Position numbers and translations under genes: made by a program
Source of the DNA: Alphaproteobacteria bacterium
GTDB taxonomy: Bacteria > Pseudomonadota > Alphaproteobacteria > UBA2966
Reading direction: 5' to 3'
Assembly: GCA_964291395.2 (NCBI GenBank)
Contig: OZ219858.1
Coordinates: forward strand, 1,024,001 to 1,088,000
Length of the DNA: 64,000 bases
Shown: positions 39,932 through 50,672 of the stretch, piece after piece
Numbering within the stretch: position 1 is the first letter of the stretch
How the letters are laid out: each line of letters begins with the position of its first letter
The notes under the pieces: model-generated
The model's input: only the letters and a program-made list of their open reading frames with translations
What the model was told of the DNA's origin: nothing
The model's database searches: none

Positions 39932-40681
39932 ATGTTGAACTACCGGCGATTCGGATCGGGCCCGACCGTCGTGCTGCAGCACGGCTATGCGGGCGGCGGC
40001 GGCTACTGGGGCGTCCTGGCGGCTCATCTGGCGGCGAATTTCGACGTCATCGCCACGGACATGCCGGCTTTCGCGGGCAGCGCCGACAAACCGGTTCCCG
40101 ACTCGATCCCGGGAATCGCCGAATCGCTCCTGGATACCCTCACGCGGCTCGGTGTCGAGCGCTTCATGCTGCTCGGTCATTCGCTGGGTTCCATGACCGC
40201 GCTGCAGGCGGCCCTCGATCACCCCGAGCGGATCGAGAAACTCGTCCTCTATGGAGGCTCGGCCACCACCGATCTTCCCAACCGGTTCGAGACCCTGGAC
40301 GAAACGGTCGCGCGAATCGAAGCGGAAACCGTCGAAGTCACGACCGCGCGGATCGCGGCGACCTGGTTCGTCGACGGCGACCGCCATCCGCTCTACGAGT
40401 TCACGAAAACCGCGGGCGCGGGGGCCAGCAAGGAGGGCGCGATCAAGCTGATGCGCGGGATGGCGGGCTGGGACGTGCGCCACCGGCTCGGCGAGGTCGG
40501 CATGCCGACGCTCGTGATCTGCGGCGACAGCGACAGATCGACCCATCCCGACTGCTCCTACGAGCTATGGCGGGGGATCCCGAACGCCCAGCTCTGCGTG
40601 CTGCCCGATTGCGCCCACAACGCGCACCTCGAGGTGTCGGAGGTCTTCAATCCGCTGATCGGCCGCTTCCTTCGTTCCTAG
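39932..40681 (+). CDS. Alpha/beta hydrolase
   Basis: HG, GHSLG, GDSD, AHNAH. Confidence 0.9.
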   Translation: MLNYRRFGSGPTVVLQHGYAGGGGYWGVLAAHLAANFDVIATDMPAFAGSADKPVPDSIPGIAESLLDTLTRLGVERFMLLGHSLGSMTALQAALDHPERIEKLVLYGGSATTDLPNRFETLDETVARIEAETVEVTTARIAATWFVDGDRHPLYEFTKTAGAGASKEGAIKLMRGMAGWDVRHRLGEVGMPTLVICGDSDRSTHPDCSYELWRGIPNAQLCVLPDCAHNAHLEVSEVFNPLIGRFLRS

Positions 40682-40724
40682 ATGTGGAGCGTCTCCACGC
40701 CACCCGTTCGGCCCGGCGGCGGCG

Positions 40725-41507
40725 CTATTTCGGCTTCTTCAGCTCCGTGACCGTGAAGCCGCCGCCCGACACGTCGAGCAGGCAGCCGTTCACGTACGAA
40801 GCCTCGTCGGACAGGAGCCACATGACGGGACGGGCAACCTCGATGGGCTCGGCGATCCTGTTGATGGGGATCGACTCGGCGATGGCGTTCCGCGCCGCCT
40901 CGTCGTGCCGCAACTGGTCGACCATATCCGTCATGGTGACCGCGGGGCGCACGGCATTCACCCGAATGCCGTCCCGGGCGACTTCCTTGGCCAGGCCCAC
41001 GGTGAAGGAGTCGATCGCGGCCTTGGACGCCGCATAGTCCGTACGTCCCGGACGGCCGCCGATGGTCGAGGCCATGGACGACACGTTGACGATGGCGCCC
41101 CCCCGTCCGCCCCGGCCGAGCGCCATGCGGCGCACCGCTTCCCGCGCGCTGACCATCGCGCCGATCACGGTGACCCGCATCAGGGAGGCGAGGACGCCGG
41201 GGTCGAAATCCTCTGCTCGTACGTATCCTCCGCCGTGCCCGGCGCTGTTGACGAAGGCGGTCAGTGGTCCGAGTTCCCTGTCCACGGTGTCGAACAGGCG
41301 TTCGACGTCGGCCGCTTCCGCGACGTCCGCCTGAACGGGAATCGCCCGGCCGCCGCCGGACTCGATTTCTTCCACGAGCGCCTGCGCGGCGTCGGCGCGT
41401 TCACGGTAGTTGACGGCGACGGCATACCCGCGACTCGCCGCGAGACGCGCGGTCTCCGCGCCGATCCCCCGCGACCCCCCCGTGACGAGAAGAACCCGTT
41501 CCATCAA
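40725..41507 (-). CDS. SDR family oxidoreductase
   Basis: TGGSRGIG, YAASK, VNAVRP. Confidence 0.93.
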   Translation of the reverse strand: MMERVLLVTGGSRGIGAETARLAASRGYAVAVNYRERADAAQALVEEIESGGGRAIPVQADVAEAADVERLFDTVDRELGPLTAFVNSAGHGGGYVRAEDFDPGVLASLMRVTVIGAMVSAREAVRRMALGRGGRGGAIVNVSSMASTIGGRPGRTDYAASKAAIDSFTVGLAKEVARDGIRVNAVRPAVTMTDMVDQLRHDEAARNAIAESIPINRIAEPIEVARPVMWLLSDEASYVNGCLLDVSGGGFTVTELKKPK

Positions 41508-41774
41508 TCGCTCCCGCGCTCCCGAATTCCAGTTTCACATACGGTGTCCGGCGGAGACGAAGGCACCGTGAGCCCGATAGGTGGGTGGCCGGGTGTCCTC
41601 GCCGCCACGCGGCGTGGCCGGGACATGCCTGTACCCGACGACGTACCATGGGAGGATCGACACTGGCAAACGGCCGTTGTCGTTGTCGGTCGTTCCCCGA
41701 CGATATGGTCGAGCCGTGCATGCGATGGTGGCGGAACGACGAAGACCACGCTCAATCCGAACGATCAGGTTCTG

Positions 41775-42263
41775 TCAAAAGCGAGGGGGCGGGCCGCACG
41801 GGAAGCAGCCGGTTGCGGTTCCTCCTCCTTGACGCTCCGCACCCGCCGATGCCGCATCCCAGTTCTGCGGCGATCCCTCGCGCAGCAGCCTGAACAGCGA
41901 TTGCCGCGTCAGATCGAAGCCTTCGACGAATGCCGAGTGAACCCTTTCCGGCGTCAACCTGTGCAGCCGGTTGTGAACGATGTCCGATCGCACGTCGTAG
42001 AGTTCCTTCACCTTGTCCTTGATTCTCTGCTCGCTCGCCTTGTCCGTTCCCAGCAGCCGCGCCGTGCGGTTGCGAACCTCGTCATAGAGCAGACACAAAT
42101 CCTCCAGCGGGAAGGGCGGCGGTCTGCCGTCCCTCAGGTCGATCACGCGCGCATACCGTTCCCGATATTCGTGAAGAAAGGGCTCCTGCGCCTGCGCGGG
42201 CGGGGGAAGCAACTACGCCAGGCGCTCGATCCACGCCTCTGGGTCGAATTGTGCCGAGGTCAC
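41775..42263 (-). pseudogene. HEPN (ApeA-like) domain remnant with an in-frame TAG at 42213-42215
   Basis: GTG overlaps the NYN stop; VTSAQFDPEAWIERLA*LL...KELYDVRSDIVH (R-X4-H motif); short, probably internally deleted. Confidence 0.6.
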
Positions 42264-43030
42264 GCCGTCGATCCCTTGCCGGCAGCCGATCCCTTCCGTG
42301 CGGCGACCTTGCGGCGGACATGAACGGCGCCCCGCTCCTTCCGAATATCGAAGCCCCCGGATTTCTCGACCAGCGTACTCAGGTTCGCACAGCCATAGCT
42401 GCGGGGATCGAAGTCGGGATGCGCGCCCTGAATGCGCTGCCCGACGCTGGCCAGGTTCTCCCAGCCGTCGGCATCGGGTTCGGTGATCGCGCCCGCAATG
42501 ATCTTTCGGGCCTTGTTCGGCGAGTCCTTCTTCTGCGCCGCGGTCCCGGCCGGCGCCGTGCCGTCCTTCTTCTCCCCGGTTCCGGCCTCCAGAAGGTTCT
42601 CGACATAGATGAAGCGGTTACAGGCGTTGCGGAAGGCCTCGACCGCCTTGCGCTCGCCGAACCCGTACACCTCGAGCCCTTCCTCGCGCAATCGTTGTGC
42701 GAGCCGCGTGAAGTCGCTGTCGGAGCTGACCAGGACGACCCCGTCGAGGGTGCGCTTGTACATGAGGTCCATGGCGTCGATCACCAGCGCGATGTCGGAG
42801 GCGTTCTTGCCCTTCGAGTTGCTGCGCTGCTGGTGCTGGAGGATCGCCAGCGACTTGATGGCCCCGTTCCACCCGGACAGGCGGCTCCCCGAGAAATCGC
42901 CGTAGATGCGCCGCACGTTGGCCTCGCCCAACTTGACGATCTCGTCGAAGATCGCCTGGGCGTGCTTCGCGCTGGTGTTGTCTGCGTCGATCAGGACCGC
43001 GAGACTCTTCGTTTCCCGGGCTTCCGGCAT
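42260..43030 (-). CDS. NYN (LabA/DUF88) domain protein with C-terminal OST-HTH/LOTUS
   Basis: LIDADN, RIYGD, GKNASD..L.IDAMD, SSDSDF, FDPRSYG..L..L. Confidence 0.93.
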   Translation of the reverse strand: MPEARETKSLAVLIDADNTSAKHAQAIFDEIVKLGEANVRRIYGDFSGSRLSGWNGAIKSLAILQHQQRSNSKGKNASDIALVIDAMDLMYKRTLDGVVLVSSDSDFTRLAQRLREEGLEVYGFGERKAVEAFRNACNRFIYVENLLEAGTGEKKDGTAPAGTAAQKKDSPNKARKIIAGAITEPDADGWENLASVGQRIQGAHPDFDPRSYGCANLSTLVEKSGGFDIRKERGAVHVRRKVAARKGSAAGKGSTA

Positions 43031-43290
43031 GGGCGCTCCTTGCGGGTGCCCCTCTTCTGAGGCGGCCCGCGCGACGTGTGGTTCATGGTTGCCGGAGGTT
43101 CTTACGGCCTTTCCGCCGCTCGCGCCATGCCTTGCCAGCCGTTCCGCTTGCCGGGATCGCATTTCTCGTCCGATTCCGGTTACGGACGATGACGTTCCAC
43201 GGATCGACAGTGTCCACCGTCGGCCAGCTGCATGCCTCCGAGATCTATCTGATCCCATGTACAAGGTGCATTGGATTTCACGGCGCCGAT

Positions 43291-43336
43291 GTGATATTTC
43301 CTCTGCACTAATTAATTATAGCAGAGTTAATGTCAC
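43291..43336 (+). promoter_or_regulatory. Putative AbiEi operator (2 x 23-bp inverted repeat)
   Basis: GTGATATTTCCTCTGCACTAATT / AATTATAGCAGAGTTAATGTCAC, 18/23 complementary, overlapping the abiEi start. Confidence 0.65.
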
Positions 43337-43953
43337 CTACCCCGACGAAACAGCGCGACCTGGTCCTGTGTCTCTGCCGCCAGAGGGGACTGGTCCGCAT
43401 GCGCGATCTTCGCGACGCCGGCGTCGGGCCCGAGACCGTTGCCCGGCTGGTTCGCGAGGGCGTCGTGGCGCGCGTGGCGCGCGGCCTCTATCAGCTCGCC
43501 GATGCGGTTCCGGATCCCCGACGCAGCCTCGCAGAAGCCTCGGCCCGCGTGCCCAAGGGAGTGATCTGCCTTGCATCCGCGCTCCAGTTTCACGAACTGA
43601 CGCTTCAAATGCCCTCCGCCGTCTGGATCGCCATCGACCGCACCGGATGGAAGCCCGACGTCGAATACCCCCCGGTCCGCTTCGTGCGATTCAGCGGCCA
43701 CGTCCTCGCGGATGGCGTGAAACGGCATCTCATCGAGGGTATCGAGGTTCCGATATTCGAGCCCGCCAAGTCGATCGTCGACTGCTTCCGGTATCGCAAC
43801 AAGATCGGTCTCGACATCGCGCTGGAAGGGCTGCGCGAAGGACTCCGCGGCGGGCGCGTCACGCCCGACCAGCTCTGGGAATTCGCCCGCACGACGCGCG
43901 CCTGGTCCGTGATGCGGCCCTACGTCGAAGCGATGGTCGCCGATGGCGCGTGA
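43330..43953 (+). CDS. abiEi: Type IV TA antitoxin AbiEi
   Basis: wHTH with RVARGLY, CLASALQFHELT, KSIVDCFRYRNKIG. Confidence 0.92.
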   Translation: MSPTPTKQRDLVLCLCRQRGLVRMRDLRDAGVGPETVARLVREGVVARVARGLYQLADAVPDPRRSLAEASARVPKGVICLASALQFHELTLQMPSAVWIAIDRTGWKPDVEYPPVRFVRFSGHVLADGVKRHLIEGIEVPIFEPAKSIVDCFRYRNKIGLDIALEGLREGLRGGRVTPDQLWEFARTTRAWSVMRPYVEAMVADGA

Positions 43954-44222
43954 GCTTCGCAATGTCGGCGCCTCCGTGCGCGCCCGACTGCTCGCCCGCG
44001 CCCGCGCCGAACAGACCGATTTTCAGATTCTCCTCACCCGTTACGCGCTCGAGCGATTGCTCTACCGACTCAGCGTCTCCGACCAGCGCGAACGGTTTGT
44101 CCTGAAGGGCGCGATTCTCTTCGCAATCTGGCAGGACGATCCCTTCCGACCGACGCGCGACCTCGACTTGCTGGGCCACGGCGATCCCGATCCCGCAACG
44201 GTTGCGGCAACCATCCGCTCTA
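43943..44222 (+). pseudogene. abiEii: AbiEii nucleotidyltransferase toxin, truncated after ~93 codons
   Basis: ASVRARLL, YALERLLYRL, FVLKGA, RPTRDLDL, then similarity ends and the 3' end of a convergent gene follows. Confidence 0.88.
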
Positions 44223-44276
44223 CGCGGACCGGGGCAACGGGGTCGAGGACACCGGGCGGCTCGGTGGCGAGGGCCG

Positions 44277-46603
44277 TCACGCACCTCGTCCGTGGATGGC
44301 GCGCCACACGCGCTGCGGCGTGGCGGGACAGTCCAAACGGTCGATGCCGTAGCGCGACAACGCGGCGATCACGGCGTTCATCGCCGCGGGATGGGCACCG
44401 ACGGTGCCCGCTTCGCCGCAGCCCTTCACTCCGATCGGATTCGTCCGGCACGGGATCTCGTTGAACGCGACGTCGAGACCGCAGAGGTCGTCCGCCCTGG
44501 GCAGGGCGTAGTCCATGAACGAACCGCTCGTCACCTGGCCGCTCGTCCGATCGATGACCAGGTCTTCGTGGAGCGCCTGGCCGACACCCTGCGCGACGCC
44601 GCCGTGGACCATGCCCTCGACGATCATGGGATTGATGACGATGCCGAAGTCGTCGACGACGGTGTAGCGAACGATCTCGACGAAGCCCGTTTCCGGGTCG
44701 ACCTCGACCTCGCAGACGTGACACCCGTTGGGCCAGGAGGCGTCCCGGCGGACATACCGCTGATGGGTGTCCAGGCTCTCGTCCAGGCCCTCCGGGCGCT
44801 GCGCCGGGTCACGCGCCAGCGCCGCAACCTCGAGCAGACCCAGGTATCGATCGGTGCCCGCAACGACGAACCGGCCGTGGACGAACTCCAGGTCACCGTC
44901 GGCGACTTCAAGCGCCCGGGCGGCGACGCGCCGCCCCTTCTCGATGACCCGGTCCGCGGCGTGATGCAGGGCGGAGCCTCCCATCTCGGTGGAACGCGAC
45001 CCGCCATGGCCGCCACCGACGGCCACCTGGTCCGTGTCTCCCTGCACGAATTCGATGCGGTCGAACGCCACGCCGAGGCGGTCCGACACGAGCTGGCGAA
45101 AGGTGGTCTCGAGGCCCTGACCGTTGGAAAAGGTGCCGACCAGAATGGTGACCGAGCCGTCCTCCCCGAAACGTATGTCGGCGCCTTCCTCCCCCGGCCC
45201 CGAGGAGTTGTCGATGTAGCAAGCGATGCCGAGACCGCGGAGCCGGCCGCGGGACTCCGACGCCATGCGCCGCCGGTCAAATCCGACGGCATCCGCCGCC
45301 GCGAGGGATGCGTCGAGATTGCCGGCGAAGTCCCCGGAATCGAAGGTCCACCCGAAAGGCGTCGTGTAGGGCATGGCGGCCGCCGGGATCATGTTGCGGC
45401 GGCGCAGGTCGGCGGGATCGAGGCCGAGCTCGCCCGCCGCCTTGTCCATCAGGCGCTCGATCACGTAGACGGCCTCCGACCGCCCGACGCCGCGATAGGA
45501 CCCGATGGGCACCGTGTGGGTGTAAACGCACTTGACGGAGCTCACCGCCGCGGGATGGCGTAGACACCGACGGCCGACGCGGCGTTTTCCGTGGTCGGCA
45601 GAGACGGCATGCGCGAGCCCGCAAAGGCGCCGAAATTGGCAATCGTCTCCACGCGAAGCGCCACCGCGCGATGATCGGGATCGAACGCGAGCGCCGCCGA
45701 CGTCACCTGATCGCGCGCCTGGTCGTCGGCCAGGAAGGCCTCGCTGCGACTCTCCGTCCAACGCACGGGCCGGCCGAGGCGCCGGGCGGCCCAAAGCACC
45801 AGCCCGTATTCGGGATAGGGAAAGTTCTTCATGCCGAAGCCGCCGCCCATATCGGTGGCGACGACGCGTATCCGCTCCACGGGGATCCTGAAGACCCGCT
45901 CGGCGAGCTGCTGCCGCAACAGATGCACGTATTGGGCCGTGGCGTGCAGGGTGAAGCGACCGCTCACGGAGTCGTACTCTCCGATGGCACCCCGCGGCTC
46001 CAACGGCGCCGCCGTCAGACGGTTGTTCACCAGGTCGAGGGCGGTGACGTGCGCGGCGGAGGCGAAGGCCCGGTCGACGGCCCGGCGATCACCGCCTTCC
46101 CAATCGATGCAGACGTTGTCCGCAGCTTCGTCCCAAACGCTCGGGGCATCCGCCGCCAGCGCGCACGCGAGATCGGCGTTCGCCGGCAAGGGTTCGTAGG
46201 ACACCACGATCCGTTCGGCTGCGTCCTCTGCCCGTTCCGGCGTCTCGGCCACCACCAGCGCGACCACCTGCCCGACGTGGCGCACACGGTCCCCCGCCAT
46301 GAGCGGCCGAGGCGGCGGATCGCTCCAGGAACCGTCCCGGTTTCGGGCCCGCAGGGAACAGGGAATGGCGCCGAGCCCGTCCCCCTCGAGATCGGCCGCC
46401 GTCATCACGCCGAGCACGCCCGGCGACCCCGCAGCACCGGCGGCGTCGATCGAGCCGATCTCCGCGTGGGCATGGGGCGAACGAACGAACCGCGCGTAGG
46501 CCTGTCCCTCGATCCGGAGATCGTCGAGGAAGCGGGCCCGCCCGGTCAGGAACCGGGCGTCCTCGACGCGAAGGACCGGCTCCCCGATTTTGGAGACGCT
46601 CAC
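44277..46603 (-). pseudogene. CoxL form II-like molybdopterin subunit with a frameshift near 45550 (may be a sequence error)
   Basis: RVEDARFLTG, MGGGFGMK in 45542-46603; SYRGVGR, GGSRS, KGCGE in the next frame; one missing base restores IPAAVSSV. Confidence 0.85.
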
Positions 46604-46792
46604 GGCAAATGGACCTGACGGCGTGACAACGGGCTCATCTCCCGGCGACCACGAACGGCGCGCCGCACAGGCTGCGGCGTCGTCGAGTGCGTGTCCAGAT
46701 GATTCCGCAATCGCAGTTCGCGATCGCGGAGCACGGCACGCCGCAGATCCGACCTCTCACCCGTTGCGCGGCGGTTTTGCTACAAGGAGCGC

Positions 46793-47644
46793 ATGGATCC
46801 CCTGATCGTCCTCGTGGTGCTTTGCGCCGCCGCGACGCACGCCACGTGGAACACGCTCGTGAAGGTCGGCGACGATCCGCTCATGACGGCGGCAGTCCTC
46901 AACATCGCGACGACGGTGATCGGGCTCGCGCTGGTGCCCGTCACCGGCCTTCCGGATCCCGGCACCTGGCCCTTCCTCATCGCCTCGGTGATCACCCATA
47001 CGGGCTATTTCCTCTGCCTGACCGGCGGCTATCGCATCGGCGATCTGTCGCACGTCTATCCCCTGGCCAGGGGATGCGGACCGGTCTACGCCGCGGTCCT
47101 GACCTACATCGTGGCGGGCGAGACGCTGAACCCGGCCGGCGTCGTGGCCGTCGCCCTGATCTGCGCCGCCATCCTGAGCCTGACATTCGTCGGAGGCCGC
47201 ATCGTCCGGGGCGGGAAGGCTCCCGTCCTGTTCGGCCTCGGCACGGGATTGTTCATCGGTTCGTACACCCTGATCGACGGTCTCGGCGTCCGACAGGCGG
47301 GTACACCACTCAACTTCATCGTCTGGGTCTTCGTTCTGCACGGATTTCCGATCGTCGCCTTCGCGTTCTGGCGGCGCAGGGCAACGCTCGGGGCGAGTCT
47401 GCGCGCCAACTGGCGACGCGGCGCCCTGGGCGGTTGCCTCGGGTTCGCCGGCTACGGCCTCGTTCTCTGGGCCATGTCCACCAACCCCATCGCCCTGGTG
47501 TCGGCGCTGCGCGAGACGAGCGTCATCATCGCGGCGATGATCGGCACGCGTCTTCTGGGCGAGCCGTTCGGACGCGCGCGCGTCGCGGCCGCCATCGTCA
47601 TGGCCTGCGGCATCGTCATGCTGCAGGGAGCCGGGTGGGATTGA
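46793..47644 (+). CDS. EamA/DMT family transporter
   Basis: HATWN..VK, GDLSHVYPLARG, SALRETS. Confidence 0.92.
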   Translation: MDPLIVLVVLCAAATHATWNTLVKVGDDPLMTAAVLNIATTVIGLALVPVTGLPDPGTWPFLIASVITHTGYFLCLTGGYRIGDLSHVYPLARGCGPVYAAVLTYIVAGETLNPAGVVAVALICAAILSLTFVGGRIVRGGKAPVLFGLGTGLFIGSYTLIDGLGVRQAGTPLNFIVWVFVLHGFPIVAFAFWRRRATLGASLRANWRRGALGGCLGFAGYGLVLWAMSTNPIALVSALRETSVIIAAMIGTRLLGEPFGRARVAAAIVMACGIVMLQGAGWD

Positions 47645-47793
47645 AGGCGGCGGCTTCGTACATCGTTCATCCAGACCCGGATCGGGGTACGGGGGCCCGC
47701 TCCGCCGCGCCGGTACGTTGTCACGCCGCCGTCGACAGGAGCATATTCCGACCTGACGGAATCCCGCTCAAGGGACTCGGGAGCAGCACGGAC

Positions 47794-48768
47794 ATGGTGG
47801 AACCCGTCAAGATCGTCTGCTGTCTGAAGCGGGGGTGCGCCGAACTGACGGCCGCCTGCGCGGAATTCGACAACGTGACGATATCGATTACCGCGCCCGA
47901 TGCAGCGGCATTGGAAGCGGAACTCAGGGACGCCGACGTCCTGGTGACCAACAACGCGTTCTACACCGCCGGCCTTGCCGAGATCGCGCACAATCGGGCG
48001 CCGAAGCTCCGCTGGATACAGTTCTATTCCACCGGCTACAACAACGCCGAGACCTTCGGACTGCCCTCCGGCGTCACGTTGACCAACGCCGGTTCCGTCT
48101 ATGCCCCTCCCGTCGCCGAGCACGCCATGACGCTGCTGCTCGCCCTGGTGCGGCAAATTCCGCACATGGAGCGCGGCAGGCTGCGCAAGCACTTCGACCA
48201 GCTGGAGACCGCGTCACACCTCAACACGCTGCGAGGGGCGACACTCCTGGCCGTCGGGTTCGGCGGCATCGGCCGCGAGGTGGCCAGGCGCGCGGCAGGC
48301 TTCGGCATGCGAGTCATCGGTGTCGCCCGCACCGCACGGGAGGACCCGCCGGCCGAGCGTGTGGTCGCCCTCGTCGAATTGCACGACGTGCTGCCGGAAG
48401 CGGACGCGGTCGTATTGTCGCTGCCGCTTCTCGACGACACGGAGGGCACGTTCGGCGCCCGGGAATTCGCTGCCATGAAGCCATCCGCGGTCTTCGTCAA
48501 CGTGGGCCGCGGGGCGCTGGTGGACGAGGACGCTCTCGTCCAGGCTCTGCGAGAGCGGCGCATCGCGGGCGCCGGACTCGACGTCTACACGGTCGAGCCG
48601 TTGCCTGTCGAAAACCCGCTTTGGGAACTGGACAACGTCATCATCTCCCCGCACGTGGGCGGCTTCGGTGACCCGGCGACGCTCCGGGACCTGACGGCCG
48701 TCGGACGAGACAACGTCGAGCGGTTCATCACGGGACAGCCGTTGAACAACGTCCTCGATATTTCGTGA
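47794..48768 (+). CDS. D-2-hydroxyacid dehydrogenase
   Basis: VAEH, GFGGIG, NVGRG, LDV..VEP, SPHVG. Confidence 0.93.
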   Translation: MVEPVKIVCCLKRGCAELTAACAEFDNVTISITAPDAAALEAELRDADVLVTNNAFYTAGLAEIAHNRAPKLRWIQFYSTGYNNAETFGLPSGVTLTNAGSVYAPPVAEHAMTLLLALVRQIPHMERGRLRKHFDQLETASHLNTLRGATLLAVGFGGIGREVARRAAGFGMRVIGVARTAREDPPAERVVALVELHDVLPEADAVVLSLPLLDDTEGTFGAREFAAMKPSAVFVNVGRGALVDEDALVQALRERRIAGAGLDVYTVEPLPVENPLWELDNVIISPHVGGFGDPATLRDLTAVGRDNVERFITGQPLNNVLDIS

Positions 48769-48927
48769 TCACGCCAACGCCTGAACGCATCCTGGTTCTC
48801 GAGCCTTGAGGGATGCACGGTCAAAATGCGAGACGCGGCGAACGGACTGCAACGAGGTCCACCCACACAGCTCGATCGGCCGGAACGCGCGTCCCGGCGG
48901 GTTCCGTCTCTCCCTTGGCGACTGCAA

Positions 48928-49008
48928 GAGACGACGAGGACCACGCAGCTTCACGACAAGCCGCCCGAGGAGATTTCGCTCGACGAGATCGAGCGCATCC
49001 CTATTTGA
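48928..49008 (+). pseudogene. 3'-terminal remnant of a tyrosine recombinase
   Basis: ETTRTTQLHDKPPEEISLDEIERIPI* resembles the TT.LYDR....ISLDEVERI.I integrase terminus. Confidence 0.5.
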
Positions 49009-49154
49009 CCAGTTGCCGGGCTCCCACGCGGGTTCTCTCCGAGCCGAGACGACCGTGGCTGTCCGGTCAGCCTGCCGAATGTCGATGGAGACAAGATCGG
49101 ACGTGGACTAATGTTCAACCTCGACACCCGGTTCCGAACATGAGAGCGAGTGGC

Positions 49155-50672
49155 ATGGCCAAGCGTCCAAACCTCCTTTTCATCATGGCCGATCAGCTTG
49201 CGCCGCAGGTGCTTCCCGCCTACGGCCACCCGCGGGCGCGTACGCCGCATCTCGACCGGCTCGCCGAGGAAGGCGTCGTGTTCGAGAACGCCTACTGCAA
49301 CTTCCCGCTCTGTGCGCCGGCGCGGTTCTCGTTGCTTAGCGGGCGGCTCCCTTCGCGAATAGGCACGTTCGACAACGCGGCCGAGTTTTCTGCCTCCGTG
49401 CCGACCTTTCACCACTATCTCCGCCTCGCCGGATACCGGACCTGTCTCGCGGGCAAGATGCACTTCATCGGCCCCGATCAGCTTCATGGCTACGAAGAGC
49501 GGATCACCACCGACATCTACCCGGCAAACTTCATATGGTCGCCGGATTGGCGGCTCGATGGAGAGAGCTGGCTGGAGTGGTACCACAGCATGCGCGCGGT
49601 GCTCGATTCCGGGGTGCACCGGCGAAGCGTCAACGTCGCCTACGACGACGAGGTGGAGTTCGAGGCGGTGCGCTGGCTGCACGAACACGCGGACGGCGGG
49701 GACGGCCGCCCCTTCGCGCTTACCGTCTCGTTCATCTCGCCCCACGATCCGTATCTCGCTCCGCCCCGCTGGTGGGAACGGTACCGTGACGTCGAGATTG
49801 ACGCGCCGCGGGTCCCCGACATCCCCCTCGAGGAACGAGACCCGCACGGCCGCCGCCACTGGTTCCTCACCGGGCGCCACCGGGATGGGGTCGGGAATTC
49901 GGACGTGCTTCGCATGCGCCGCGCCTACTACGCGCTGACGAGCTACGTGGACGCGAAGGTCGGAAACCTGCTCGACACCCTCGACGACATCGGCGCGGCG
50001 GATGACACGCTCATCGTGTTCACCTCCGATCACGGCGACTCGCTTGGCGAGCGTGGGCTCTTCTTCAAGATGTCGTTCCATGAATGGTCCGTCCGGGTGC
50101 CCCTCGTCCTGCACGCGCCGTTCGCGTTCGGTCCGCGGCGGGTGCGGGCGAACGTCGCCCATCTCGATCTTTTCCCCACGCTGCTCGAAGTGGCGGGAGA
50201 CGGCGTCCTGCCGGATCTCGCGGCTCCGATCGACGGCCGGTCGCTCGTTCCGCTGGCCTCGGGAGGCGCGGCGGACTGGCCGGATCTCGTGTGCTCGGAA
50301 TACACCGCGGAAGGCGTGTCCGCCCCCCTGCTGATGGTCCGCAAGGGATCGCACAAGCTCATATTGAACCCCGAGGACCCGCCGCTCCTTTTCGACCTCG
50401 ACGCCGACCCGGACGAGATCGAGAACCTTGCCGGCACTCCCGCCTCTTCCGGCGTGCAGGCCGAGCTCGAAGCGGTCGCGGCCCGGACCTGGGATGTCTC
50501 CGCCCTCGACCGCGCGGTGCGCGAGAGCCAGGCGGCCCGGCGCCTCGTAGGCGGCGCCCTCGGCACCGGTGCCCGCACGTCCTGGGATTTTCAGCCCGCG
50601 CGGGACGCATCGAAGGCCTACTTCCGCGAGAGCGGCGACATCCAGGAATCGTATTCGGGCCTCCTCCGGTGA
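49155..50672 (+). CDS. betC: Choline sulfatase
   Basis: MADQL, PLCAPAR, GKMHFIGPDQLHGYEERITTDIYPA, PHDPY, WDFQP. Confidence 0.9.
   Translation: MAKRPNLLFIMADQLAPQVLPAYGHPRARTPHLDRLAEEGVVFENAYCNFPLCAPARFSLLSGRLPSRIGTFDNAAEFSASVPTFHHYLRLAGYRTCLAGKMHFIGPDQLHGYEERITTDIYPANFIWSPDWRLDGESWLEWYHSMRAVLDSGVHRRSVNVAYDDEVEFEAVRWLHEHADGGDGRPFALTVSFISPHDPYLAPPRWWERYRDVEIDAPRVPDIPLEERDPHGRRHWFLTGRHRDGVGNSDVLRMRRAYYALTSYVDAKVGNLLDTLDDIGAADDTLIVFTSDHGDSLGERGLFFKMSFHEWSVRVPLVLHAPFAFGPRRVRANVAHLDLFPTLLEVAGDGVLPDLAAPIDGRSLVPLASGGAADWPDLVCSEYTAEGVSAPLLMVRKGSHKLILNPEDPPLLFDLDADPDEIENLAGTPASSGVQAELEAVAARTWDVSALDRAVRESQAARRLVGGALGTGARTSWDFQPARDASKAYFRESGDIQESYSGLLR

Noticed and set aside
41589-44256. Terminal inverted repeats (GGTGTCCTCG / CGAGGACACC) around the defence islet
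   Set aside because: Only ~10 bp, GC-rich, with no target duplication or transposase; consistent with chance.
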